From NCBI GenBank assembly GCA_016281605.1, contig JAEEJA010000037.1, positions 985 through 64,984 on the forward strand: a stretch of 64,000 nucleotides of DNA, read 5' to 3'. The position numbers and the translations under genes are program-made. This stretch comes from Lachnospiraceae bacterium. GTDB taxonomy: Bacteria > Bacillota > Clostridia > Lachnospirales > Lachnospiraceae. This document shows, piece by piece, positions 53,248 to 61,741 of the stretch (its first letter is position 1; each line of letters begins with the position of its first letter). Below the pieces are notes generated by a model, which did no database searches, was not told the origin of the DNA, and saw nothing but the letters and a program-made list of their open reading frames with translations.

Positions 53248-55835
53248 TTTCAAATAAAACAATTGGGATACTTGCTCACGTTGATGCAGGAAAGACAACT
53301 CTGTCCGAGGGACTTCTCTATACCGCAGGAACCATAAGGCGGATGGGAAGGGTGGACAGACAGGATGCTTTCCTGGACAACTTTGAGATGGAGAAAAAAA
53401 GAGGGATTACCATATTCTCCAAATCAGCAGTTATTAAAGTGGCATCAGATAAGACAGTAACTCTCTTAGATACTCCCGGACATATGGATTTTCAGGCAGA
53501 GACAGGTAGAACCCTTGATGTGCTGGATTATTGTATATTAGTTATCAATTCGGCAGAGAAGGCGGGTTTACATACCCTGTCTCTTTTTAAGATGCTTCAT
53601 GAGAGGCAGATACCTACTTTTGTATTTCTAAATAAAATGGATATGGACACCTCGGAGCCAAACAGTATTATAAAGACTTTAAATGATTTAGGCGGTCCCG
53701 ACTTTGTCAGATTTACAAGATATGATAAAAAGACAGATCCACATCGTATAATCGAACTTTTTAAGAGTGATGATAGTGATAAAAATCAGTTTTTTGAGAA
53801 TCTTGCAACAAGCGATGAGAGACTTTTAAATGAATATATGGAAACCGGAGAGATAACTAAGGAGTCTGTGTGTATGGCGATTTCAGAGTTAAAGCTTGTC
53901 CCGGTTTTTGAGGGATCTGCCTTAAACCTGCAGGGTGTGAAGGAACTCTTTGATGCCATAAATGAATTTACATTGGATACAATCTATCCGGAAGAGCCGG
54001 ATTTTAATATATATAAGATATCAAGAGATGATAAAGAAAAGAAGCTTACCCATGTAAAAATTACGGGAGGAAGCTTCTCAGTCAGAGATATAATAGATGG
54101 TGAAAAAATAACTGAGATAAGACTTTACTCAGGAGAAAAATATGAAAATGTAAATACAGTATATGCAGGACAGATTGCGGTACTTATGGGACTTAATAAT
54201 TCCAGGTACGAATCCGAAGAGCTGTATGATCCTGTTATGTCATACTCGCTTATATTTCCTGACGGAGAAAGTATCTCGGAAACCTTGCCCAAATTAAAGC
54301 TTATAGCTGAAGAAGATCCGGGACTTAAGATTGATTATCATGAACAGACAAAAGAAATACAAGTCCGATTATTTGGACAGGTTCAAATGGAAGTTTTTAA
54401 GGCACTTGTTAAGAAGCGCTTTGGCCTTAACATAGAGTTTGGTGAAGGAAACGTAGTTTATAAAGAAACCATAAAGAGTACTGTAAACTGTGCAGGACAC
54501 TTTGAACCCTTAAGGCACTATGCCGAGGTTCATTTACGTATGGAGCCGCTTGTGAGAGGAAAGGGAATAGAGGTTCACAGTGAAGTAGGAGTTGACAGTC
54601 TTGCCCTTAACTACCAAAGACTTATAGGAACTCATCTTACAGAAAGAGAGTTTGTAGGAGTACTTACAGGAGCCCCGCTTACTGACGTTTCATTTACCAT
54701 AATAGGAGGAAGAGCTCACCTAAAGCATACTGAGGGTGGTGACTTTAGAGAAGCTGTTTACCGTGCAGTAAGACAGGGACTTATGAAGGCAGAGTCAGTA
54801 CTTTTAGAGCCTTACTATAGCTTTGATATAGAGCTTCCTTCGCAAAAGCTTGGAAAGGTGATGAATGATTTCCAAAGTATGGGAGCGGAGATTAATCCGC
54901 CTGTCACTGTCGGCGAAAATGCTTCTCTTACGGGAAGAATAGCGGTTTCAGAATTAAAGAGGTATCAGCTTTCTCTTATGGCTTACTTAGGGGAAGCAGG
55001 AAGCCTATCACTTTCAAACGCTGGCTATGATATATGTAATCTGCAAGAGCAGGTTGTAGCAGAAATAGGTTACGACCCGGATACTGATGTAAAAAATCCT
55101 TCAAGCTCTGTTTTTTGCTCTCACGGTTCTTCGGATATTATTCCCTGGGATGAAGCAGATTCACACATGCATGTACAGCCGGATAAAAAGGATGAAGAAG
55201 AGTTTTCTGATTATAACCTTAGGTCAATTGATAAGAATATAAGAAGAGAGCAGGTAACGTTAACTGAGCTTGAAGAGATATTTGCAAAGACTTTTTCAAG
55301 TAACAAAAAAAGGACAGGTTATAAATACAAAAGGGCTTTTAATACAAGCAAAACCTATTCCGGTTCATCCCATACTTATAACGATAAAGAGGATTATGAA
55401 AAGATACATAAAAAGACTCTTAAGGGGGGAAAGGATGTACTTCTTGTAGATGGCTACAATGTAATATTTGCATGGGATGAGCTTAAAGAGTTAGCCAACG
55501 TAAATATGGATGGAGCCAGAAGTAAGCTCTGCGATCTTTTGACTAATTATGCAGCTTATAAGGATTGTGAAGTTGTACTTGTTTTTGATGCTTATAAGGT
55601 TAGAGGCAGTAAAGGGGAGATAAACAAGTATCAGAATATATACATAGTTTACACAAAACAGGCTCAGACAGCAGATGAGTATATAGCAAAAACTGCAATA
55701 GAGAAGGGAAAAGTTGATAGGGTGACAGTTGCTTCAAGTGATAGTTTAGTCCAGCTTATAATACGTGGTAATAACTGTTTTGCTATGTCATCTTTGGAAC
55801 TAAAGCAGGCTTTAGATAATTGTGGTGTGGAGTAA
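53244..55835 (+). CDS. Fusion protein: TetM/EF-G-like translational GTPase (aa 1 to about 620) plus YacP/Rae1-type NYN ribonuclease domain (aa about 730-863)
   Basis: G motifs AHVDAGKT, RGITI, DTPGHMDF, NKMD, with EF-G/TetM-like domains II-V. The C-terminus (VLLVDGYNVIFAW...VVLVFDAY...QTADEYIAK...VASSD) is collinear with B. subtilis YacP/Rae1. The start overlaps the upstream stop (ATGA at 53244-53247). Confidence 0.8.
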   Translation: MISNKTIGILAHVDAGKTTLSEGLLYTAGTIRRMGRVDRQDAFLDNFEMEKKRGITIFSKSAVIKVASDKTVTLLDTPGHMDFQAETGRTLDVLDYCILVINSAEKAGLHTLSLFKMLHERQIPTFVFLNKMDMDTSEPNSIIKTLNDLGGPDFVRFTRYDKKTDPHRIIELFKSDDSDKNQFFENLATSDERLLNEYMETGEITKESVCMAISELKLVPVFEGSALNLQGVKELFDAINEFTLDTIYPEEPDFNIYKISRDDKEKKLTHVKITGGSFSVRDIIDGEKITEIRLYSGEKYENVNTVYAGQIAVLMGLNNSRYESEELYDPVMSYSLIFPDGESISETLPKLKLIAEEDPGLKIDYHEQTKEIQVRLFGQVQMEVFKALVKKRFGLNIEFGEGNVVYKETIKSTVNCAGHFEPLRHYAEVHLRMEPLVRGKGIEVHSEVGVDSLALNYQRLIGTHLTEREFVGVLTGAPLTDVSFTIIGGRAHLKHTEGGDFREAVYRAVRQGLMKAESVLLEPYYSFDIELPSQKLGKVMNDFQSMGAEINPPVTVGENASLTGRIAVSELKRYQLSLMAYLGEAGSLSLSNAGYDICNLQEQVVAEIGYDPDTDVKNPSSSVFCSHGSSDIIPWDEADSHMHVQPDKKDEEEFSDYNLRSIDKNIRREQVTLTELEEIFAKTFSSNKKRTGYKYKRAFNTSKTYSGSSHTYNDKEDYEKIHKKTLKGGKDVLLVDGYNVIFAWDELKELANVNMDGARSKLCDLLTNYAAYKDCEVVLVFDAYKVRGSKGEINKYQNIYIVYTKQAQTADEYIAKTAIEKGKVDRVTVASSDSLVQLIIRGNNCFAMSSLELKQALDNCGVE

Positions 55836-55858
55836 ATTAAAAAAAGGAAATACTTAAT

Positions 55859-56599
55859 ATGTGGTATGTAATACAAGTAATGAACGGCACTGAAGCAGAG
55901 TGCATGCAGCAATTCAGAGATGAAGTTGATATAAAATTATATAATGAATTATTTGTTCCTATATGTGAAAAATTGATAAAAAAATCCGGTAAATGGATTA
56001 AAGCAGATACAAAACTTTTTCCCGGATATATATTTATAGATACGGAGCCGCGATACGTATCAGATATAGCAGTAGGGCTTTTAAAGGTAAGTAAATTTAC
56101 AAAACTACTTAAGAGTGCAGATGAGATAAAACCAATAACAGAAGAAGAAGAAAAATATCTAAAAAGTATCATGGATAAAGAGCACAGAGTTAAGGTATCC
56201 ACAGGCTTCCTTATAGGAGACCGAATCTGCATTACGGACGGAGCTCTAAGAAGTTATGAAGGAAGAGTAAAAAAGATTAATCGACATAAAAGAAGCGCAG
56301 AAATTGAAGTAAATGTCTTTGGTAGAGCAACTACTGTAACCATGGGCTTAGAAATAATCAGTAAAATTAGTGTAGAAGAATTCTATGACGTAAATACAAA
56401 TAAACAAATTGCCAATGCAGCAGATGATGAATCAGATGAAAGAAAGAAGGTACGCATTATCGACGGTACATTTGCAGGCTATGAAGGAAGACTCGAAGCG
56501 ATAGTAGATAAGGGCGAAGCATACAGAGTCGAACTCAACATTTACGGCACTCCAACCGGAATCCTTTTCGAGAAGCGTGAAGTAGAAATCATAGATTAA
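55859..56599 (+). CDS. NusG-family paralogue (NGN domain plus two KOW-like domains), LoaP-like specialised antiterminator candidate
   Basis: 246 aa. NGN WYVIQVMNGTEAECMQQF...FPGYIFID. KOW-1 is GDRICITDGALRSYEGRVKKI...VNVFGRATTV. KOW-2 is VRIIDGTFAGYEGRLEAIV...LNIYGTPTGI. Confidence 0.75.
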   Translation: MWYVIQVMNGTEAECMQQFRDEVDIKLYNELFVPICEKLIKKSGKWIKADTKLFPGYIFIDTEPRYVSDIAVGLLKVSKFTKLLKSADEIKPITEEEEKYLKSIMDKEHRVKVSTGFLIGDRICITDGALRSYEGRVKKINRHKRSAEIEVNVFGRATTVTMGLEIISKISVEEFYDVNTNKQIANAADDESDERKKVRIIDGTFAGYEGRLEAIVDKGEAYRVELNIYGTPTGILFEKREVEIID

Positions 56600-56615
56600 T
56601 GACCGAATTTCATAT

Positions 56616-56644
56616 TTGCTTTTTTGGTGGGTTTAATGTATAAT
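56616..56644 (+). promoter_or_regulatory. Candidate sigma-A promoter upstream of the GGDEF-EAL/GH5 pair
   Basis: -35 TTGCTT (56616-56621), 17-nt spacer, -10 TATAAT (56639-56644). Confidence 0.45.
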
Positions 56645-56696
56645 ATGAATATCTTAAGGCTCGTATTTTTTTATAAAAAAAGGTTTAACTCAGACG

Positions 56697-56742
56697 GAGA
56701 AAGCTCCAACCTCTAAGTTAAAGCGTAGACGGAGTATTGACA
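56697..56742 (+). repeat. Conserved ~45-nt intergenic motif, copy E
   Basis: gagaaagctccaacctctaagttaaagcgtagacggagtattgaca. About 26 of 29 nt match copy A over taag.taaagcgtaga.ggag(g)tattgaca. Confidence 0.55.
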
Positions 56743-58689
56743 GAGATTTATGGAGGAGAAGCATTGGAACAGGTATTATATTTTGATTACTGCGCATTGT
56801 TGATATTACTTGTGATTCTAATATCAATATATGTAAAGAATATGAATACCGGTAGCTTAAATAAATACTTTAAGCTTATTTTACTATGCCTTCTTTTCAC
56901 CTCCTTTTCAGATGTTTTTGCTGTCGAGTATGATAGAAGATTAATGAGTCATGTGGTGGAGAGATATATATTTCATATGCTCTATCTCATTTGCCATTGT
57001 TTTTCGGTGCCTTTGTATGCAAAGTATGCCTTAAGATTATCTAATTTAGACCAGGGTATAACCAGAAAATTTAATTTAATATTTTATACACCGATTGTTA
57101 TATTAAGTATATTAATCTTAACCAGTCCTTTAAACCATTATATGTTTTACTTCAATGAAGCAGGTATTTATACAAGAGGAAAGCTATTTCCTGTTATGTA
57201 TGTTGTAACAGGTTTTTATGTAGTGATGGGTTTGGGTTTCCTGATAAGATACAGAACTCTTCTTGATGAAGTTAGATACATATCTCTTATGATGGCATTA
57301 TCTACTATAATCGCTGCAACTGTAATTCAGTTTTTATTAAAGGGAATTCTTATTGAGATGTTTGCAAATTCCATAAGTCTTTTGTTTGTATTTCTTATGG
57401 TACAGCGTACTGAAGAAATAAATGACGTGGACTTGGGTCTTCTCAAAAAGAAGGTATTTTTCCATGATATCAGTAATATTCAGTCTCTTGAAAACGATTG
57501 TGAACTTGTGATAGTAAGCACTACCAATTTCAAAAAATTAAGAAATACTTTAAGTTATTCAAGTATGGGAGAATTGTTAAAGTGCATGTCATCAACAATT
57601 CTCACTGAGTGCCATAAATTCAGGATTCGTATGGAGCAGTACTACTTAGAAGAGGGTAAGTTTGCTGTTCTGATAAGAGAAAAAGTTGATAAAAAAGACT
57701 ACTTGGAGGAACTGGCTCTTCACCTTAATTCTATTTTTAAAAATGATATCATCATAAATGATATGCCTATCAGCATATTGTGCTCTGTTTGTGTTATAAA
57801 GTTTCCGGAAGATATAGATGATGTAGCTTATCTTACAAGATTTATAGATGATTTAAATAGCTATGGTTACAAGGGAAAGGTTGTGCATGCATCTGATATA
57901 TACTCTAAGAATAAATATGACATAATGAGCAATATCGATATTATCCTGGAGGATGCTCTTAAAAACAGAAAACTTATGGTTTATTACCAGCCGATTTACG
58001 ACACAAAGTCCGAAAAATACAGGTCCGCGGAAGCTCTTCTAAGATTAAAGGATGAAAGGTTCGGCTTTATACCTCCGGATGTATTTATAGCAGCAGCCGA
58101 AAAAAGCGGAGCCATACACCGCGTCGGTAGCTATGTTCTTGAAGAGGTTTGTAAATTCATGTCAGAGGATGAATTTAAGGATCTGGGGCTGGATTATATA
58201 GAGGTAAACCTTTCAGCTGTAGAGTGTATGCAGAGTAACTTAATTACTAAGGTGCTTCCGGTGTTGGATCAGTACCATGTGGAGGCAGATAAAGTGAATC
58301 TGGAGATAACGGAAACTGCAGTTGGTGATATGGAAAGTGTTATAGAGAAGAATGTAGATGAGTTAAATGATTCCGGTATCAAGTTCTCTTTGGATGATTA
58401 TGGAACAGGATACTCTAATATAACACGTATAGCCAAATTACCCTTCAGTCTTATAAAGATTGATAAGAGTCTTACAACCAGTGTCTTTAATCCAAATATG
58501 CGAATAGTAGTGGAGAATACTGTTCATATGATTAAGGATTTGGATATGAAAATCGTTGTTGAGGGCGTTGAAACCGAGGAGCTTGCAAAGTATTTTACCA
58601 ATCTTAAATGTGATTACATACAGGGATTTTATTATTGTAAGCCTCTTCCAAAGGATGAATTTATAAAGTTTATCAAGGATGCGGCTTAA
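56737..58689 (+). CDS. Membrane protein with degenerate GGDEF domain and an intact-looking EAL domain (c-di-GMP phosphodiesterase)
   Basis: About 6 N-terminal TM helices. The GGDEF position reads EEGKF (YYLEEGKFAVLI). EAL motifs SAEALLRL, EITE, DDYGTGYSN, KIDKS, EGVET, QGFYY. The track start TTG 56737 lies inside the conserved motif; the in-frame TTG at 56764 follows a GGAGGAG RBS and is a plausible true start. Confidence 0.85.
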   Translation: MTEIYGGEALEQVLYFDYCALLILLVILISIYVKNMNTGSLNKYFKLILLCLLFTSFSDVFAVEYDRRLMSHVVERYIFHMLYLICHCFSVPLYAKYALRLSNLDQGITRKFNLIFYTPIVILSILILTSPLNHYMFYFNEAGIYTRGKLFPVMYVVTGFYVVMGLGFLIRYRTLLDEVRYISLMMALSTIIAATVIQFLLKGILIEMFANSISLLFVFLMVQRTEEINDVDLGLLKKKVFFHDISNIQSLENDCELVIVSTTNFKKLRNTLSYSSMGELLKCMSSTILTECHKFRIRMEQYYLEEGKFAVLIREKVDKKDYLEELALHLNSIFKNDIIINDMPISILCSVCVIKFPEDIDDVAYLTRFIDDLNSYGYKGKVVHASDIYSKNKYDIMSNIDIILEDALKNRKLMVYYQPIYDTKSEKYRSAEALLRLKDERFGFIPPDVFIAAAEKSGAIHRVGSYVLEEVCKFMSEDEFKDLGLDYIEVNLSAVECMQSNLITKVLPVLDQYHVEADKVNLEITETAVGDMESVIEKNVDELNDSGIKFSLDDYGTGYSNITRIAKLPFSLIKIDKSLTTSVFNPNMRIVVENTVHMIKDLDMKIVVEGVETEELAKYFTNLKCDYIQGFYYCKPLPKDEFIKFIKDAA

Positions 58690-58720
58690 GGCATGACTAA
58701 ATATAATATTGGAGGTAATT

Positions 58721-60580
58721 ATGAAAAAAATTATGAAAGGAGCATTAGCATGGTTTTCAATAATCATGCTTGCTTTATGTATGTTTACAAGTATTACAGG
58801 GTGTGAGAAAAAGGCTGATACCAAGGAGAATTCATCATCTTCTGAAAGCGAAAATTCAGGAGCAACAAAAACAGAAAAGAAAGAGATGGATCTTTTATCT
58901 ATGACATCGGTTGAGCTTGCCCGTGAGATGGGTAATGGCTTTAATCTGGGCAATACCATGGAGGCTTACGGTCATAAAGAGGGAATTGATAAGGAAACCT
59001 CATTCTATGAGACTCTTTGGGGAAATCCTGTTACAACACAGGAGTTATTTGATCACTATAAGGAGTGCGGATTTAATTCGGTTCGTATACCTGTAGCATG
59101 GACCAATAAGATGGACTTTGAGAATGATGATTTTACAATATCTGAGGATTATCTTGCCAGAGTTAAGGAAATAGTAGATTATGCATATAATTGTGATATG
59201 TATGTAATCATAAATGACCACTGGGACGGTGGATGGTGGGGAATGTACGGCGCTAAGGATAAGAAGATTGTTAAGAGGGCAGAAGAACTCTACGATTCCA
59301 TGTGGCATCAGATAGCAGAGTACTTTAAGGATTATGATTATCACCTGATATTTGAAGGTGGTAATGAGGAAATCGGTGACAGACTTAATGATATTGATGA
59401 AGACTTTAATCCCAACGGAGCTACTCTTGGTATGGAGCAGTGCTACAAGAAATCAACCGAAATCAATCAGAAGTTTGTAGATATCGTACGTAGTACAGGC
59501 GGAAACAACGAAGACAGATTCTTATTAATACCGGGTTACAATACCGATATTACCAGAACTATATATAAGAGTTTCAAGATGCCTGTTGATACTGCAAAGG
59601 ACAAGCTTCTTTTATCTGTTCACTACTATACTCCGTGGGAGTACTGCGGTGGTACCGGCGAAGTGCAGTGGGGTACCAAGGATAACTTTAAAGAGATGAA
59701 TGACTTAATGAAAACCCTTGCAGAACATAAATTCAAAAATTCAGAGGGCGAAGTTAAGGATTATGGCGTGATAATAGGTGAATGTGCCGTTGGTCCTACT
59801 GAATCCGGCAGTATGAAGACCAATGCTATAATGTGGTATAAGAATCTCTTCGCAAACTGTGATTATTACGGATATGTTCCTATGCTTTGGGATACAGGAA
59901 ATCAGATGGATAGAGAAACCGGAGAGTGGATAGACGATTCTCTCCCTGAATTTTTCAAGAGTAAGGCCAGAAGCACAGAGGAAGGTTTAAGTTTAGATGA
60001 GATAAAGGAAAATGCATTGAAAACCATGGAAACCCTCCTTGGTGAGTCTCCTGATACATATCAGGAGGAGGGAGCTCTTAAAGATGATGGAAAAACTGCA
60101 ATAGCCTGGATAATGTGGAACTCAGGTGATTGGAATATTGCTTACAGCGTAGGAGATGTCTATAAGCCTGATGATACGACAGAAGGATTAAAAGCAACTG
60201 ATGTAGAAATTACAGGCGAGGGTACATATACGGTTTCTCTCGACTTTACCGGAACGAGTATGGGGTACTCTGACAGTACGGCCTTCTCAGCAGTTGGTAT
60301 AGCAAATGGAGAAGAGCTATTCCCCGGATATATCATGGATATCACATCCGTAAAGATTAACGGAGAGGATTTTAAGCTTGATGGTAATCCATATACTACG
60401 TCCGATGATAAATTATGTACCAGAGTTAATCTTTATAACAGCTGGGTTACAGGTATTCCGGATGGTATACGTACTAAGGATGGACTTAAGAAGAAGGATG
60501 TGACGGCTATACCGATGAGAGCTGAAAAGCTTTCCGAGATAGAAACAATAGAAGTTACATTTGATTATATTAAAGGATAA
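58721..60580 (+). CDS. GH5-family glycoside hydrolase (endoglucanase-like) lipoprotein with a C-terminal beta-sandwich (CBM-like) region
   Basis: Lipobox FTSITGC. GH5 motifs GFNLGNTMEA, FNSVRIPVAW, NDHWDGGWW, FEGGNEE (acid/base), HYYTPWEY, IIGECAV (nucleophile). The ATG at 58721 follows a GGAGG RBS. Confidence 0.85.
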   Translation: MKKIMKGALAWFSIIMLALCMFTSITGCEKKADTKENSSSSESENSGATKTEKKEMDLLSMTSVELAREMGNGFNLGNTMEAYGHKEGIDKETSFYETLWGNPVTTQELFDHYKECGFNSVRIPVAWTNKMDFENDDFTISEDYLARVKEIVDYAYNCDMYVIINDHWDGGWWGMYGAKDKKIVKRAEELYDSMWHQIAEYFKDYDYHLIFEGGNEEIGDRLNDIDEDFNPNGATLGMEQCYKKSTEINQKFVDIVRSTGGNNEDRFLLIPGYNTDITRTIYKSFKMPVDTAKDKLLLSVHYYTPWEYCGGTGEVQWGTKDNFKEMNDLMKTLAEHKFKNSEGEVKDYGVIIGECAVGPTESGSMKTNAIMWYKNLFANCDYYGYVPMLWDTGNQMDRETGEWIDDSLPEFFKSKARSTEEGLSLDEIKENALKTMETLLGESPDTYQEEGALKDDGKTAIAWIMWNSGDWNIAYSVGDVYKPDDTTEGLKATDVEITGEGTYTVSLDFTGTSMGYSDSTAFSAVGIANGEELFPGYIMDITSVKINGEDFKLDGNPYTTSDDKLCTRVNLYNSWVTGIPDGIRTKDGLKKKDVTAIPMRAEKLSEIETIEVTFDYIKG

Positions 60581-60618
60581 ATCAAGTTAGAGTTTAAGCT
60601 TCGACTAAGTCTTGACTA

Positions 60619-60646
60619 TTGAAAATTACACTATATTTGATATAAT
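60619..60646 (+). promoter_or_regulatory. Sigma-A-type promoter upstream of ptb
   Basis: -35 TTGAAA (60619-60624), 16-nt spacer, extended -10 TGaTATAAT (TATAAT at 60641-60646). It predicts a leader of about 125 nt. Confidence 0.55.
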
Positions 60647-60780
60647 GATAGAGGCGATGATTTTTGCCTGTTGTAGAGTCCTTACCGTAAGGCGGTGAGA
60701 GGTGGGGCTGTGAAGATACAATAATTAATAAATAATAAATAATAAATAATAAAACAAAAGCACCGCAGAAAGAGGATATA

Positions 60781-61695
60781 ATGAGTAAGAGTTTTAATGA
60801 TTTACTGGAGAAAGTTTCAAGTTTTTCTAAAAAGAAGGTATCTGTTGCAGTTGCGCAGGATAACGAAGTGCTTTTAGCTGTTAAGGCTGCAAAGGAAAGA
60901 GGAATAGCAGATGCGATTTTGGTTGGAGATGCGGATGAAATCGCAAAGATTGCAGCTGATATCGATATGAATTTAGATGATTATGAAGTGATTGACGAAA
61001 AGGATGTTACACAGGCCGCTCTTCGAGCTGTTAAGCTTGTTCATGACGGAGAGGCTGATATGTACATGAAGGGACTTATAGATACTAAGGGATTCTTAAA
61101 GAGTGTACTCGATAAGGAAGTAGGACTTAGATCCGGAAGACCATTATCCCATGTATGTGTATTTGAGCTTGAGGAAGAAGAAAGACTTCTCTTCCTTAGC
61201 GACGTGGCATTTATTCCATATCCTACACTTGAAGATAAGGTAAATATCATTAATAACACTGTTGAAATCTGTCATGCATGTGGAGTTGATAATCCTAAAG
61301 TAGCACCACTTGCCACTGTAGAGGTTGTTAACCCTAAGATGCCATGTACGGTAGAAGCAGCAGAGCTTACTAAGATGAATGAAGAAGGAAAGATAACAGG
61401 ATGTATAGTGGATGGACCACTTTCATTTGACCTTGCTACAGTGCCTGAGGCAGCAGAGCATAAGGGAGCAACTGACAGAAAGATTGTTGGTGATGCTGAT
61501 GTTCTTATTTTCCCGGATATTCATGCCGGAAATATACTTTATAAAGCGCTTGTGCACTATGCAAAGGTTAAGAATGGCAATCTTATAACAGGAACCAAAG
61601 CACCTGTAATTTTAACTTCACGTTCGGATTCATTTGAAGTAAAGGTTAATTCTCTTGCACTCGGTGCACTGGTAGCTAATGCAATAAGTAAATAA
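60781..61695 (+). CDS. ptb: Phosphate butyryltransferase / phosphate acyltransferase family
   Basis: 304 aa. The size and the N-terminus (KKVSVAVAQDNEVLLAVKAAKERGIADAILVGD) are typical of Ptb-type PTA_PTB enzymes. Confidence 0.8.
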   Translation: MSKSFNDLLEKVSSFSKKKVSVAVAQDNEVLLAVKAAKERGIADAILVGDADEIAKIAADIDMNLDDYEVIDEKDVTQAALRAVKLVHDGEADMYMKGLIDTKGFLKSVLDKEVGLRSGRPLSHVCVFELEEEERLLFLSDVAFIPYPTLEDKVNIINNTVEICHACGVDNPKVAPLATVEVVNPKMPCTVEAAELTKMNEEGKITGCIVDGPLSFDLATVPEAAEHKGATDRKIVGDADVLIFPDIHAGNILYKALVHYAKVKNGNLITGTKAPVILTSRSDSFEVKVNSLALGALVANAISK

Positions 61696-61741
61696 GGTAA
61701 TAATAATCAGCTCATTTTACAAAGAAGGAGGAAGGTTGAAA

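Noticed and set aside
53244-55835. Plain tetracycline ribosomal-protection gene (tetM/tetO/tetW class)
   Set aside because: It is about 220 aa longer than TetM proteins because of the NYN domain. It is embedded in a translationally coupled operon with no conjugative-transposon context. Similarity is at the family level only, so resistance cannot be inferred.
58438-58959. 173-aa minus-strand ORF spanning the EAL/GH5 junction
   Set aside because: It lies opposite two motif-supported genes and has no recognisable motifs. It is a typical shadow ORF.
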